The notes beneath the pieces were generated by a model. The model was not told the DNA's origin and did not search any database. It was given only the letters and a program-made list of their open reading frames with translations. Below, piece after piece: positions 17,551-25,789 of a stretch of 29,893 nucleotides of DNA; position 1 is the stretch's first letter, and each line of letters opens with the position of its first letter. The position numbers and the translations under genes are program-made. The DNA comes from a virus (taxonomy: Duplodnaviria > Caudoviricetes), in the IMG/VR virus record IMGVR_UViG_3300020042_012092, positions 1-29,893 of that record; one strand, written 5' to 3'.

Positions 17551-17695
17551 TTTCTTTCTCCAAAAAATCTGTAATAATTTCGCGCATCAAACAAGACACG
17601 CTCTTTTTTCCTTTACTGTTTTTAGCTATTTCTTTCAAAGCTTCTTTTTGCTTTTTTTCTATGCTAAAACAAAGCAGCGTTAGTTTTTCTTTCAT
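17540..17695 (-). CDS. Ribbon-helix-helix (CopG/Arc-like) DNA-binding protein
   Basis: Below ORF-track cutoff. Manual translation MKEKLTLLCFSIEKKQKEALKEIAKNSKGKKSVSCLMREIITDFLEKENAK fits the strand-helix-S.S.L.R..I..FL pattern. Confidence 0.75.
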   Translation of the reverse strand: MKEKLTLLCFSIEKKQKEALKEIAKNSKGKKSVSCLMREIITDFLEKENAK

Positions 17696-17955
17696 ATTTA
17701 TTTGATAAAGTTTTTAAGTTAGTTTATTTATTTTTTTTAAGCTTTTCATAACCCTTATAATTATAATGCTCGTCTATAAATTTTTCGCTCTCCTTATAAC
17801 CAAACACAGAATCATCTCCCTTGAAAAAGTAAGGTTCGCTTGGCGATTCAGTTAAGGCAATTATTCTATGAATATCTTTAAACCCATTAGGGTATTTAGA
17901 AATAAAATAATCTCCTACTTTATACTTATGCAGCAGCGTTAGTTTTTCTTTCATA
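17673..17955. repeat. 24-bp exact direct repeat AGCAGCGTTAGTTTTTCTTTCATA (17673-17696, 17932-17955)
   Basis: Read directly; encodes MKEKLTLL in both the RHH gene and the upstream gene. Confidence 0.9.
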
Positions 17956-18095
17956 CTAGGAACACCAACTGGCGGCGGCAAAGTGTTTTTTTTGGGCTTA
18001 TTGCAAGGGTTTGTATAGCCTTTAAAATTGAAATCACGAGTAGCGGCAAAGGATAATTTCCAAATTTCTAGCTTTTTCTTAAAGTAATTTTTCAT
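17724..18095 (-). CDS. Hypothetical chimeric protein
   Basis: 123 aa; N-terminus like 14615-14875, internal MKEKLTLL, KYKVGDY SH3-like C-terminal part. Confidence 0.6.
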   Translation of the reverse strand: MKNYFKKKLEIWKLSFAATRDFNFKGYTNPCNKPKKNTLPPPVGVPSMKEKLTLLHKYKVGDYFISKYPNGFKDIHRIIALTESPSEPYFFKGDDSVFGYKESEKFIDEHYNYKGYEKLKKNK

Positions 18096-18949
18096 TTTCT
18101 TTTAAGCTCCTCAATGGAATTTACAAAGTCGGTTAAAGTGCAATATTTATCAGTTTGTGCTTTTGAAATTGTTTTGTTTTCGTTCGTGTAAAACATTTTA
18201 TTTTCAGTGTTTGAAGGTTGAAAAACTCCAAAACAAACGCCTAAATTTTCACTTGGTTTTGTTTTAATAAAACAATCTGTTGGAACTTTTGGCAACTCAC
18301 TAACATCTTTCCAAATACTTACTGGCTCGACACGTTTTTCTTTCATGTCGATTTTAGGCTCTTCTTTCGACAAATTGTCTCTGTATTCTTTTTGCAATCT
18401 TTCATACTCTTTATTAATTTTAGCATCCTGTTCTTCGCGAGCAAAAAATCTTTCAACTGTCAAATCAAACCAAGCAAGTCTTTGTTCTCTTGTTTCCCAA
18501 CTTAATCCCATTTGGAGACAATTCAAAGCCCTATCAATTTTGTTTACTTCCTTCTTCTCAAGGTCAACTGGATTCAGGGTTTCGTTTGCTTGGCGTAAAA
18601 ACTCAATAATAAGACGAATTGAACCTTCAATGTCAGAGCTTGCATTTTCTGTTGTATACAGTTTTTTTAATGCTTCGTCTAGTTTATTTACTTTCACTTC
18701 CTTTGTTTTTTGCAAGTTGTCTTCTGAGTCTTCTTCATAATAAAGACCTAGAAACGATATACTGGATAAACAATTTGTTATGCCGTCATCATCTTTGTAA
18801 TGTATGAGATAATCTCCTTCTCGTTCTTTTATTTTAGTAACAATTACTTTCTTATTTTCACAAGTAGTTTTATCATTGTTGTTATCTAAGTATCTTTTTT
18901 GTAAGCGATATTTTTTTCCCACTACTGGCAATTTATCTGTCATTTTCAT
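18092..18949 (-). CDS. Hypothetical mosaic protein (DUF551-like WKDVSELP C-terminal module)
   Basis: 285-aa ORF with internal VNKLDEAL/VNKIDRAL repeat and WKDVSELPK. Confidence 0.65.
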   Translation of the reverse strand: MKMTDKLPVVGKKYRLQKRYLDNNNDKTTCENKKVIVTKIKEREGDYLIHYKDDDGITNCLSSISFLGLYYEEDSEDNLQKTKEVKVNKLDEALKKLYTTENASSDIEGSIRLIIEFLRQANETLNPVDLEKKEVNKIDRALNCLQMGLSWETREQRLAWFDLTVERFFAREEQDAKINKEYERLQKEYRDNLSKEEPKIDMKEKRVEPVSIWKDVSELPKVPTDCFIKTKPSENLGVCFGVFQPSNTENKMFYTNENKTISKAQTDKYCTLTDFVNSIEELKRK

Positions 18950-18952
18950 TTT

Positions 18953-19351
18953 TCATTTAGTTAATAAAACTCCTTCTTGCTCGAGAATTTTTAAACCCTC
19001 CTCAACCGACCTTGCTAAATAATACTGACTATTCTTAGCAACTTCAAAAACTTTTTGAAATTCTTTTTGATTTTCTTGCTGCGTTCCTTTTTGAGTTTTA
19101 AATTCAATCCAAATCAAATGGTCGGTTGAATTCTTATCACGCTTGATAAAAAAATAATCAGCCTGACCAGCTTTTAAGCCTTTTTTCTTTAACATTGCCG
19201 CAGTTGTTGGCTTTCTATATTCACCGCTTGCAACATAGCTCCAAAAAACGCAATTAAGCTTTTTGTAAGTTTCATATTTTTGGATTATCAATCCAAAGTT
19301 TATGTGCATTCTGTCTTCTTCGCCAATGCCGCGTTTTCTAGCTGTTTTCAT
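18953..19351 (-). CDS. VRR-NUC domain (PD-(D/E)XK) nuclease
   Basis: EEDR.H, LKKKGLKAG.AD, WIEFKT.KG.Q.ENQKEF, ARSVEE. Confidence 0.9.
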   Translation of the reverse strand: MKTARKRGIGEEDRMHINFGLIIQKYETYKKLNCVFWSYVASGEYRKPTTAAMLKKKGLKAGQADYFFIKRDKNSTDHLIWIEFKTQKGTQQENQKEFQKVFEVAKNSQYYLARSVEEGLKILEQEGVLLTK

Positions 19352-19763
19352 TTATTTTATTTATTAACTCACTAAGCTTGTAATTTGAAACAATTTTGCG
19401 TTTAGGCGGGTTCATTTCAAAAGAACACTTTGGATCAAAAAATATTGTTAACTCACTTGCTATTTCTTTGTTATAATCGCCGTCAAGCTCTATTCTCGCA
19501 AATTCATAAGGCACTTTGGTTTCTACTATTTGGAACAAATTCTCACCATCAAATTCAAAATAATAACTGTAGGGAAAATCTCTATCAATAAAAGCATTTC
19601 CATTGCAAAATTCCGCTGGTTCGCCTTTTTCTTTTAAATATAATTCTTGAATTTTTTTTTCAAAATCATTGCCTTTAATTGCCCAAAGATCGTTTGGACA
19701 GCAATATTTGAAATAAAGACTTTTGTTAGTCTGTGAAAAATAAATATTAGTGTAACTTCCCAT
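19338..19763 (-). CDS. Hypothetical protein
   Basis: 141-aa ORF, coupled to neighbours. Confidence 0.65.
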   Translation of the reverse strand: MGSYTNIYFSQTNKSLYFKYCCPNDLWAIKGNDFEKKIQELYLKEKGEPAEFCNGNAFIDRDFPYSYYFEFDGENLFQIVETKVPYEFARIELDGDYNKEIASELTIFFDPKCSFEMNPPKRKIVSNYKLSELINKINENS

Positions 19764-19765
19764 TT

Positions 19766-20092
19766 TTAATTTTTTTTAATTTTATTTTTATATCCAAAAC
19801 CCGAATAATATTTTACCCAAGTTTTAAAATTATACTTAGGCAAGCTTTTGTCATAGTAGCAATCCATTTCATATTCGTAAAACTGAATTAAAATCTCGCG
19901 TGAACAGTTTATTTCTATCGCATCAACAATTCTATCGAGTGCAAAACAATAACCATTTACTTCTAAAATTCCGCCAATTTCTTCAGGACATCCAACCCAA
20001 GACCAATCATCAGTCTCAAAATATTTAGTGCAGAACTCTTGAGCAAGTTCATTGGTTGCCTTTTGCCAAGCGGTTAGTTTTTTATTTTTCAT
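19766..20092 (-). CDS. Hypothetical protein
   Basis: 108-aa ORF in operon. Confidence 0.7.
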   Translation of the reverse strand: MKNKKLTAWQKATNELAQEFCTKYFETDDWSWVGCPEEIGGILEVNGYCFALDRIVDAIEINCSREILIQFYEYEMDCYYDKSLPKYNFKTWVKYYSGFGYKNKIKKN

Positions 20093-20103
20093 TTTCTAAG
20101 CTA

Positions 20104-20457
20104 CTATTTAACTGTTATCAAAACATTATTTGATATAACGGCGTGCAAGCCATCAGATAAATTTATTTTGCAGGTTTTGGATATTAATTTAGGCGCAATT
20201 TCTTCTTGAATTTGTTTAATAACCTCTTCAATCATTTTTTCTTGCCCAAACCTTCTTTCTAATATTCTTAAAATAGCATGTTCGCTTACTATTACCGCAC
20301 AATCCAATTGAGATTGAGAAAGTTTGTAAATTTTTTTGTCTAAATCGCTAATTTCTGATTTAATTTTTAAAATATCTTTGCTTAACCTTGAAACTTCTTT
20401 ATCTAAAAAAGATTTTTTTGTTTGAAGGTTTTTTAATTCATTGCTAGTTGTTTTCAT
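20104..20457 (-). CDS. Hypothetical protein (coiled coil plus VSEHAILR.LER domain)
   Basis: 117-aa ORF. Confidence 0.7.
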   Translation of the reverse strand: MKTTSNELKNLQTKKSFLDKEVSRLSKDILKIKSEISDLDKKIYKLSQSQLDCAVIVSEHAILRILERRFGQEKMIEEVIKQIQEEIAPKLISKTCKINLSDGLHAVISNNVLITVK

Positions 20458-20642
20458 TTTCCTTTAAATGTCTGATAATTTTTTCAACCGCGCTTTACAA
20501 CATAAGATTTGCCAAACTACTAACAACAACAGTAATATCAGAAACTTCAGTAATTAGAAACGTTCCGTTTTTGTCACTCCATAATTCGTCGACTTTAGGT
20601 AAGATTATAGACATTTTTTATATTTTAGAAATTTTAAAATTA

Positions 20643-21623
20643 TTATTTTTTAATAGTTTTTATTAAGATGTCAAACAAATTTTTATAGTTTTGATTGCCA
20701 TAAAATTTTCCAAGTAAATCGCAATGAAAATGCGCCTCTACAATGTCATAGCCATTTTCTATTTCATGAAAATCAACCGACCATATTTTGTAAGGAACTT
20801 TTGCGCCATATTTTAACGCAAAAACTTCAAAAAATCTGTTATTTTTAGCTATGTTTTTGTAATCATGCCTCGAAGCAACAGAAACAACTTCAGAGCCACA
20901 AAAAATAACTCTAACCTCATTTTCAAATTCAAAATCAACAATCGGCGAAACTAAAAATTTATCACACGGCGGCAACATATCTACAATTGCTTCGGGATAA
21001 TTTATTGGATTTGCTAAAAAATCAGAAGTTTCAATATTTCTATCTTCAAGTGGATAGCACCATCTACCATATTCTACGCCATTTTTTAATTGCGTTTTTA
21101 CAAAATCATCAACACCTTTAAAAGAGTAATGTTTGTGCTTAGTTTTAAAAAAATAGTTTTTAGCAATAAATTTTGGCAACTCTTCTCGATTGCACTCAAT
21201 AACTTCTCTTTTTAAATCATCTTTAAAAAAAATGTGCCAATCAATTTCGGATTCGCCTGTTTCTATGTCAAAAATATTTATAATGCTTAGATCCCCTTCT
21301 TTTCTGCTTAAATCAATAAAAAAAGGAATGTTATTTTTTAGGCAATCATAAACTAGTTTAATATTTTCGCGCACAACGCAGTATTCGTAATCTTCGTTTT
21401 CAATCAAATAATTATTTTCAATCCAAGAAATTACTCCTTCATCATAAATTTGACAAAAAAGCTTTTCGTTTAAATCTTTGCTTTTTTTTATTACAAAACC
21501 TTTTTTATTTGAAAGAAAATCTTCGGGTCTAGCATTAGTATCAAGCTTTATTCCCGCAGATCTTATGAGTCTTTCTATGTTGACTGGAATTGGATTTAAA
21601 AGCTCATCTATTAATCTTGTCAT
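20643..21623 (-). CDS. ATP-grasp domain protein (DUF4343/R2K-like)
   Basis: FFKTKHKH, FLVSPIVDF, EVRVIF....VVS, WSVDF and IVEAH motifs in ATP-grasp order. Confidence 0.65.
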   Translation of the reverse strand: MTRLIDELLNPIPVNIERLIRSAGIKLDTNARPEDFLSNKKGFVIKKSKDLNEKLFCQIYDEGVISWIENNYLIENEDYEYCVVRENIKLVYDCLKNNIPFFIDLSRKEGDLSIINIFDIETGESEIDWHIFFKDDLKREVIECNREELPKFIAKNYFFKTKHKHYSFKGVDDFVKTQLKNGVEYGRWCYPLEDRNIETSDFLANPINYPEAIVDMLPPCDKFLVSPIVDFEFENEVRVIFCGSEVVSVASRHDYKNIAKNNRFFEVFALKYGAKVPYKIWSVDFHEIENGYDIVEAHFHCDLLGKFYGNQNYKNLFDILIKTIKK

Positions 21624-21660
21624 TTTATTTTTGTTCTTTCTTTAGTTAATATTTTCAAAT

Positions 21661-21870
21661 TTAGTTTATTTTATAAACAGCTTTACAAAATAAACTTCGA
21701 GCAGTTTTATTACATTCTATTTTGTATAAATATTGCTCGTTATAGCGTCTGTCCACATGGTATGAAAGGGACGTTGGGTGCTTATCACAAAAATAAGACG
21801 GTGGAATCTCAACGCCTTTTTCTTTGCAAGAGCTTAAAACAAATAATATTGCAAAAAGTTTAAATTTCAT
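21661..21870 (-). CDS. Putative lipoprotein
   Basis: MKFKLFAILFVLSSC lipobox. Confidence 0.65.
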   Translation of the reverse strand: MKFKLFAILFVLSSCKEKGVEIPPSYFCDKHPTSLSYHVDRRYNEQYLYKIECNKTARSLFCKAVYKIN

Positions 21871-21899
21871 AGCTTGTTAGTTAATATTCTCTAAAAGCT

Positions 21900-22440
21900 A
21901 GGTAATCATTAAAGAAGTTTGTCGCGTTTTTTGGGGCAGCCAGCCTTAGTCTTTTGGACAAAGTTAACTTTAATTATCAAAAATTACTTGTGTTAGGTCT
22001 TTGGCCTAGATACTAACCAGAGGTGTTTTTTGATGCAAATTGGCGAATTTTACATACCTAGCCATTAGAAAATATTTAACAGAAAGCTGGGTTTAGAGCT
22101 GCTTCGTTTATCCCAGCGCGGCAAGTATAAAGTTATCTCTAACTCAAAACCGTCTTTCGATTTTCTGCCACCCTTTCGGATTGATGCCATTGACGTCAAT
22201 GGCATTTATTCACTCTCTTCTTTAACCGAGTAGGTTGCCTTTTTACAGAAGGCTAACTGGATTGCTGCTGGTCAACATTAGTCCGCAATCAAGAAAACCC
22301 ACCACTCCAGCTGTGAGAGCTATCAGAGCCTTTCTTTCCGATCATAGCTCACGTTCCAACCAATTTGTTTTTTAATAATATTAGCTAGCTTTCATATTAT
22401 TAAGAAAACTCTTTGGCGAAAGGTAAGTTGATTTTGCACT
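21900..22440 (-). ncRNA. Candidate structured non-coding RNA (boundaries approximate)
   Basis: Longest ORF-free gap in the window and visibly GC-richer. Many stems, with GNRA loops on the minus strand (GAGTTA-GAGA-TAACTT, TCC-GAAA-GGG), and a 22-bp perfect palindrome at 22184-22205. Confidence 0.55.
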
Positions 22441-22462
22441 TTTCTTTAGCCGTGCCGACTAA

Positions 22463-22651
22463 TTATTTAAACAATCCTTCAAAAAAGCCAATCCAAAACG
22501 GAGTAATTAGTTTAATGTTTGCACACCAAACTATTCCCATAAAAAATACGTGTTTTTTACTATTTGTTTGAAAAAACTTATTAAAACATCCAATCATAAA
22601 TAGACAACAAAAAGTGTCTAAAAGAATAAATATAAAAACTGCAAAAGACAT
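22463..22651 (-). CDS. Hypothetical membrane protein
   Basis: 62 aa, two hydrophobic segments. Confidence 0.55.
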   Translation of the reverse strand: MSFAVFIFILLDTFCCLFMIGCFNKFFQTNSKKHVFFMGIVWCANIKLITPFWIGFFEGLFK

Positions 22652-22673
22652 AATTTAAGAAAGGTAATTTATT

Positions 22674-23093
22674 TTAAAAAGGCTCATCATTTTCCTCAAC
22701 ATAATTATTTTCAGGCGCATAACCATCGCCTTTGTCTTTTGAGTGTTGAGAAATGTCGCCGTCTTTTTGTTTGCCTTTGATAATATCAATTGCGCTGGCA
22801 ATGATTTTAACGCTAGGAACTTCAATGTTTTCTTTGTTTTTGTAAGTTCCATATTCAAGCTCACCTTCCAAATATATTTTGCTGCCTTTTTCTAAATATT
22901 GACAAACCTTAGTCAAAGAACCCCAGCAAGAAATTTGATGCCAAGAGGTTTTTTCTTGCTTTTCGCCATTGGCAGTTTTCCATTTTTTACTTGTGGCAAG
23001 CGAAAAATTGGCATAGTCTTTGCCGTTTTGTGTTTGACCGATTGCTGGATTAACTCCCAATATTCCAATCAAAATTACTTTATTTACTGACAT
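22674..23093 (-). CDS. ssb: Single-stranded DNA-binding protein
   Basis: SVNKVILIG.LG, NFSLATS, WH.I, YL.KGSKIYLEGEL, acidic tail ending DEPF. Confidence 0.97.
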   Translation of the reverse strand: MSVNKVILIGILGVNPAIGQTQNGKDYANFSLATSKKWKTANGEKQEKTSWHQISCWGSLTKVCQYLEKGSKIYLEGELEYGTYKNKENIEVPSVKIIASAIDIIKGKQKDGDISQHSKDKGDGYAPENNYVEENDEPF

Positions 23094-23107
23094 ATTATTA
23101 AAAAATT

Positions 23108-23443
23108 TTAGTTAAATAAATTCAAAATAAACTTATCTCTTTCTTTTTTTGATTTAAAATCCATTACGCTTAAGGTTTCTAATTTTATTTCTTCAATTAG
23201 AGTTTCTATAGTTTTTACAAAGCGAATTTCTATGTTATCGCCAATTATTTCAAGCCCTTCCGCATAATATATAGCATTTCCAATAAAAAACTTAGATTCT
23301 TTATCAAAAGCATTTGGAAGATTGCGGCAGTTTAATTTATCAAACAAAATATAGAGTTCGTGTTTATTTATACTTTCTAAACTGCCATAAATAGAGTTTT
23401 GGCAATAATCAATGCTTTTCCACTCTACTTTGATTTCTGACAT
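23108..23443 (-). CDS. Hypothetical protein
   Basis: 111 aa; AGGAG RBS and promoter upstream. Confidence 0.7.
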   Translation of the reverse strand: MSEIKVEWKSIDYCQNSIYGSLESINKHELYILFDKLNCRNLPNAFDKESKFFIGNAIYYAEGLEIIGDNIEIRFVKTIETLIEEIKLETLSVMDFKSKKERDKFILNLFN

Positions 23444-23466
23444 TTTCTTGCTCCTTTTGTTATTGA

Positions 23467-23502
23467 TAAAGTTATTAAAAACTATTAAAAATTATTAGTC
23501 AC
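23467..23502 (-). promoter_or_regulatory. Sigma70-like promoter with palindromic operator, copy 1
   Basis: GTGACT-N17-TTTAAT on the minus strand; ACTATTAA-N3-TTATTAGT; 22 bp identical to 27881-27902. Confidence 0.65.
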
Positions 23503-23523
23503 CAATTATTTTTACTTCTTAAA

Positions 23524-24111
23524 TTAATATTTTTCGGGCGCGCTTGGAATATCAATCCCATAACTTGCCGCAAATCTAATCACCGCGTCAATATACTTTG
23601 CCACATCTGTTTTATTTCCTGCATTAGAAATAGTGATTCTGGCTTGGTAAATTTCTCCCGTAATCGGATTCACTTTCTCCATTTTTAACCCTTCTTGGTC
23701 TTCAATAGCGTCTTTTATTGCTTCGTGCAATTCTTTTTCTGCAATAAAATTTCCTTCTTTTTTAAAATGTTCTTGGATTGTTGGCAAAACAACACCCCAA
23801 TAATAACCTCTTTGATTATCACTTGGCGCAGAAATTGGAACTAACATTAATTTGAAATCATCAAAAAAAGGCTCGTTTATGCGTCTTGTTAGTTCTTTTC
23901 CTGCACTTGCCCTAATCTCCATTAAATTCTCTTTGCTTGATTGACTAAAGAAGAAAATGTTTGGAAATTTCGGGTCTTTTTCTAGCTTGCAATATCCAAG
24001 TTGGATAAAGAAATCTTTCCCGCCAGCAAGATATTTTATAATCGCATCAGAAAGTTCGACCTGCAATTTAACCCAGTTTTGTTTGTCGGATTGTAAAAAA
24101 GTCAGTTTCAT
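23524..24111 (-). CDS. NinB/Orf-like recombination accessory protein
   Basis: SDNQRGYYWGVVL..I, LHE, and YID.VIRFAA..GI.IP motifs; lies near ssb, exonuclease and recT. Confidence 0.6.
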   Translation of the reverse strand: MKLTFLQSDKQNWVKLQVELSDAIIKYLAGGKDFFIQLGYCKLEKDPKFPNIFFFSQSSKENLMEIRASAGKELTRRINEPFFDDFKLMLVPISAPSDNQRGYYWGVVLPTIQEHFKKEGNFIAEKELHEAIKDAIEDQEGLKMEKVNPITGEIYQARITISNAGNKTDVAKYIDAVIRFAASYGIDIPSAPEKY

Positions 24112-24323
24112 TTGTAAGGTTCAAATCTTGGTCTACCTAGCTCGCAACCGATAATGTAACCTAAATTAATTCTTGAAACAAGTGAGGTATATTTACAGCC
24201 TCCAAGATTCACCGCCATAATTGCTTTGTCGAACTTCTCTTTGTCTCCGCGCTTTTCTTCCTTTGTGCGTTCTTTGATGAAGTCTTTAAGTTTGTTTTTT
24301 TCTAAAGCGTCTTTGAGGTTCAT
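24108..24323 (-). CDS. Hypothetical protein, possibly chimeric across an insertion junction
   Basis: MNLKDALEKNKLKDFIKE...DKEKFDKAI; ATG 24323 follows the upstream stop. Confidence 0.5.
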   Translation of the reverse strand: MNLKDALEKNKLKDFIKERTKEEKRGDKEKFDKAIMAVNLGGCKYTSLVSRINLGYIIGCELGRPRFEPYK

Positions 24324-24324
24324 T

Positions 24325-24984
24325 TTATATGTATTCAAATTTTTTGATATTGTGGCTATAGTCTACCTGCCCATTTAGCAGAATGGCAAAGGCAATATCT
24401 ATTTTAACACTTACCTTGTGGGTTAAAGTCTCCGACTCTTTTCCGTAAAGAATATTGAATACAAGCTCGCCGCTTCTATTAGTGTTTGAGAATGAGATCC
24501 TGATTGCAGGAAATAATCTGCGCGAACTACAGCGAGGGCTAATAAAATCAGATTCTTTATCGCTACATTCGCTAATTTTTGGGTTAGTTTGATTTGCTAA
24601 ATGATAACTGACTAATTCGATTCTATGAAAAATTGGAATATCTGAATTGTTTGTCAGACTTACTCCAAATCTTATGAGTCTTTCCTGATTTTCGTCTGAA
24701 TAAAGATGCTTATTCAGATCAAAACTAGAAATAATAAGTTTATATTTGAAAGATTTTTGTCTGTAGAGTTCGGTAATCCACTTTATTAAAGCCACAGTAT
24801 AAGCAGCGGTAACAAGAAAGATAATTACTAGACCGTAAAAAGGGATATGGTTAAAGTGATGCGCTATGTAGGTATTCACAGAGGCAAGACCTCCCGACGA
24901 ATAAACACTGATAGCAAATTCAGTGCTAGAGGCAATCTTGCAAAGTTTCTTAAACCACTTGGTTTTAAACATAATTTTTCCCAA
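24325..24984 (-). CDS. Hypothetical membrane protein (moron-like cargo)
   Basis: 219 aa, TM followed by a beta-rich soluble domain; codon choice looks less skewed than neighbours. Confidence 0.7.
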   Translation of the reverse strand: MGKIMFKTKWFKKLCKIASSTEFAISVYSSGGLASVNTYIAHHFNHIPFYGLVIIFLVTAAYTVALIKWITELYRQKSFKYKLIISSFDLNKHLYSDENQERLIRFGVSLTNNSDIPIFHRIELVSYHLANQTNPKISECSDKESDFISPRCSSRRLFPAIRISFSNTNRSGELVFNILYGKESETLTHKVSVKIDIAFAILLNGQVDYSHNIKKFEYI

Positions 24985-25093
24985 AAATTGATTCGTAAAA
25001 ATCTCAGCTTACTCTGCCAATTCTTACAAATCAATTCCCTTTTCCGTATGCTAAAGGGATAAACGTCTAAAAATATTACACTTAGTTTAGTTT

Positions 25094-25249
25094 TCATTTT
25101 TTCCTTGTTAAAATTTCTAAATAAATTAAAATTGAGAAAATTCCTATCATTATTTCTGCTTGATTTCTTGTTTCGTGATTATTTTCTAATAAACCGATTA
25201 TAAGAAGCATCACTTGAAACAAAACAGATATTCCATAAAAATAAATCAC
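25094..25249 (-). CDS. Hypothetical 51-aa membrane protein
   Basis: GTG start with GAGGGG RBS; manual translation MIYFYGISVLFQVMLLIIGLL...NKEK. Confidence 0.5.
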   Translation of the reverse strand: MIYFYGISVLFQVMLLIIGLLENNHETRNQAEIMIGIFSILIYLEILTRKK

Positions 25250-25270
25250 CTACCCCTCTACAAATTAAAT

Positions 25271-25474
25271 TTAAAACTTTTTTAAAAAACTTTTTAGCTG
25301 TTCTTTGTTTGGTTGCTCATCAATAGATTTGCCAAGATGCCATTTAACATCATCATAACCTTTCGACCCGTATACCTCAATTGTAGCAGTATCATAATCG
25401 AATATAATTTCTAAATCATCATCGTTTTTCTTTGCTAATTTGATTATTTTAGCTAAATATTCTTCTAAGTTCAT
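25271..25474 (-). CDS. Hypothetical protein
   Basis: 67 aa, GGAGG RBS. Confidence 0.7.
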   Translation of the reverse strand: MNLEEYLAKIIKLAKKNDDDLEIIFDYDTATIEVYGSKGYDDVKWHLGKSIDEQPNKEQLKSFLKKF

Positions 25475-25786
25475 TTACTCCTCCTTAATTTTTGTTAAAA
25501 TTTCATTTTTCATTGCTTCAAAATATTTAAAATAAAATTCGTCTTTTTCTAGTTGAGTTATACCTTCAAAAACATAGTTAAAAACTTCACGATCTGGCAT
25601 AAATAACCATTCAGAAATTGAAAATCGCAAAAGAGCTTTAAATTCTTTATCATCATTTTTAGCATCATTTACAAATTTGACATGCGCGTTAGTTAACTGT
25701 CTTAATAATCTTGCCTGCCAATCTTTTGTGCTTTCTAATTGCTTTATTTCGCTTCTTAGTTTTGCAATTAATTTGTTATCTTGCAT
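25475..25786 (-). CDS. Hypothetical protein
   Basis: 103 aa, abutting neighbours. Confidence 0.7.
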   Translation of the reverse strand: MQDNKLIAKLRSEIKQLESTKDWQARLLRQLTNAHVKFVNDAKNDDKEFKALLRFSISEWLFMPDREVFNYVFEGITQLEKDEFYFKYFEAMKNEILTKIKEE

Positions 25787-25789
25787 TTT

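Noticed and set aside
22191-22198. TGACGTCA matches the eukaryotic CRE motif
   Set aside because: It is simply the centre of the palindrome, and the context is bacteriophage.
24112-24135. GGTTCAAATC resembling a tRNA T-arm
   Set aside because: Weak T-stem, no acceptor, D or anticodon arms around it, and it lies in coding sequence on the other strand.
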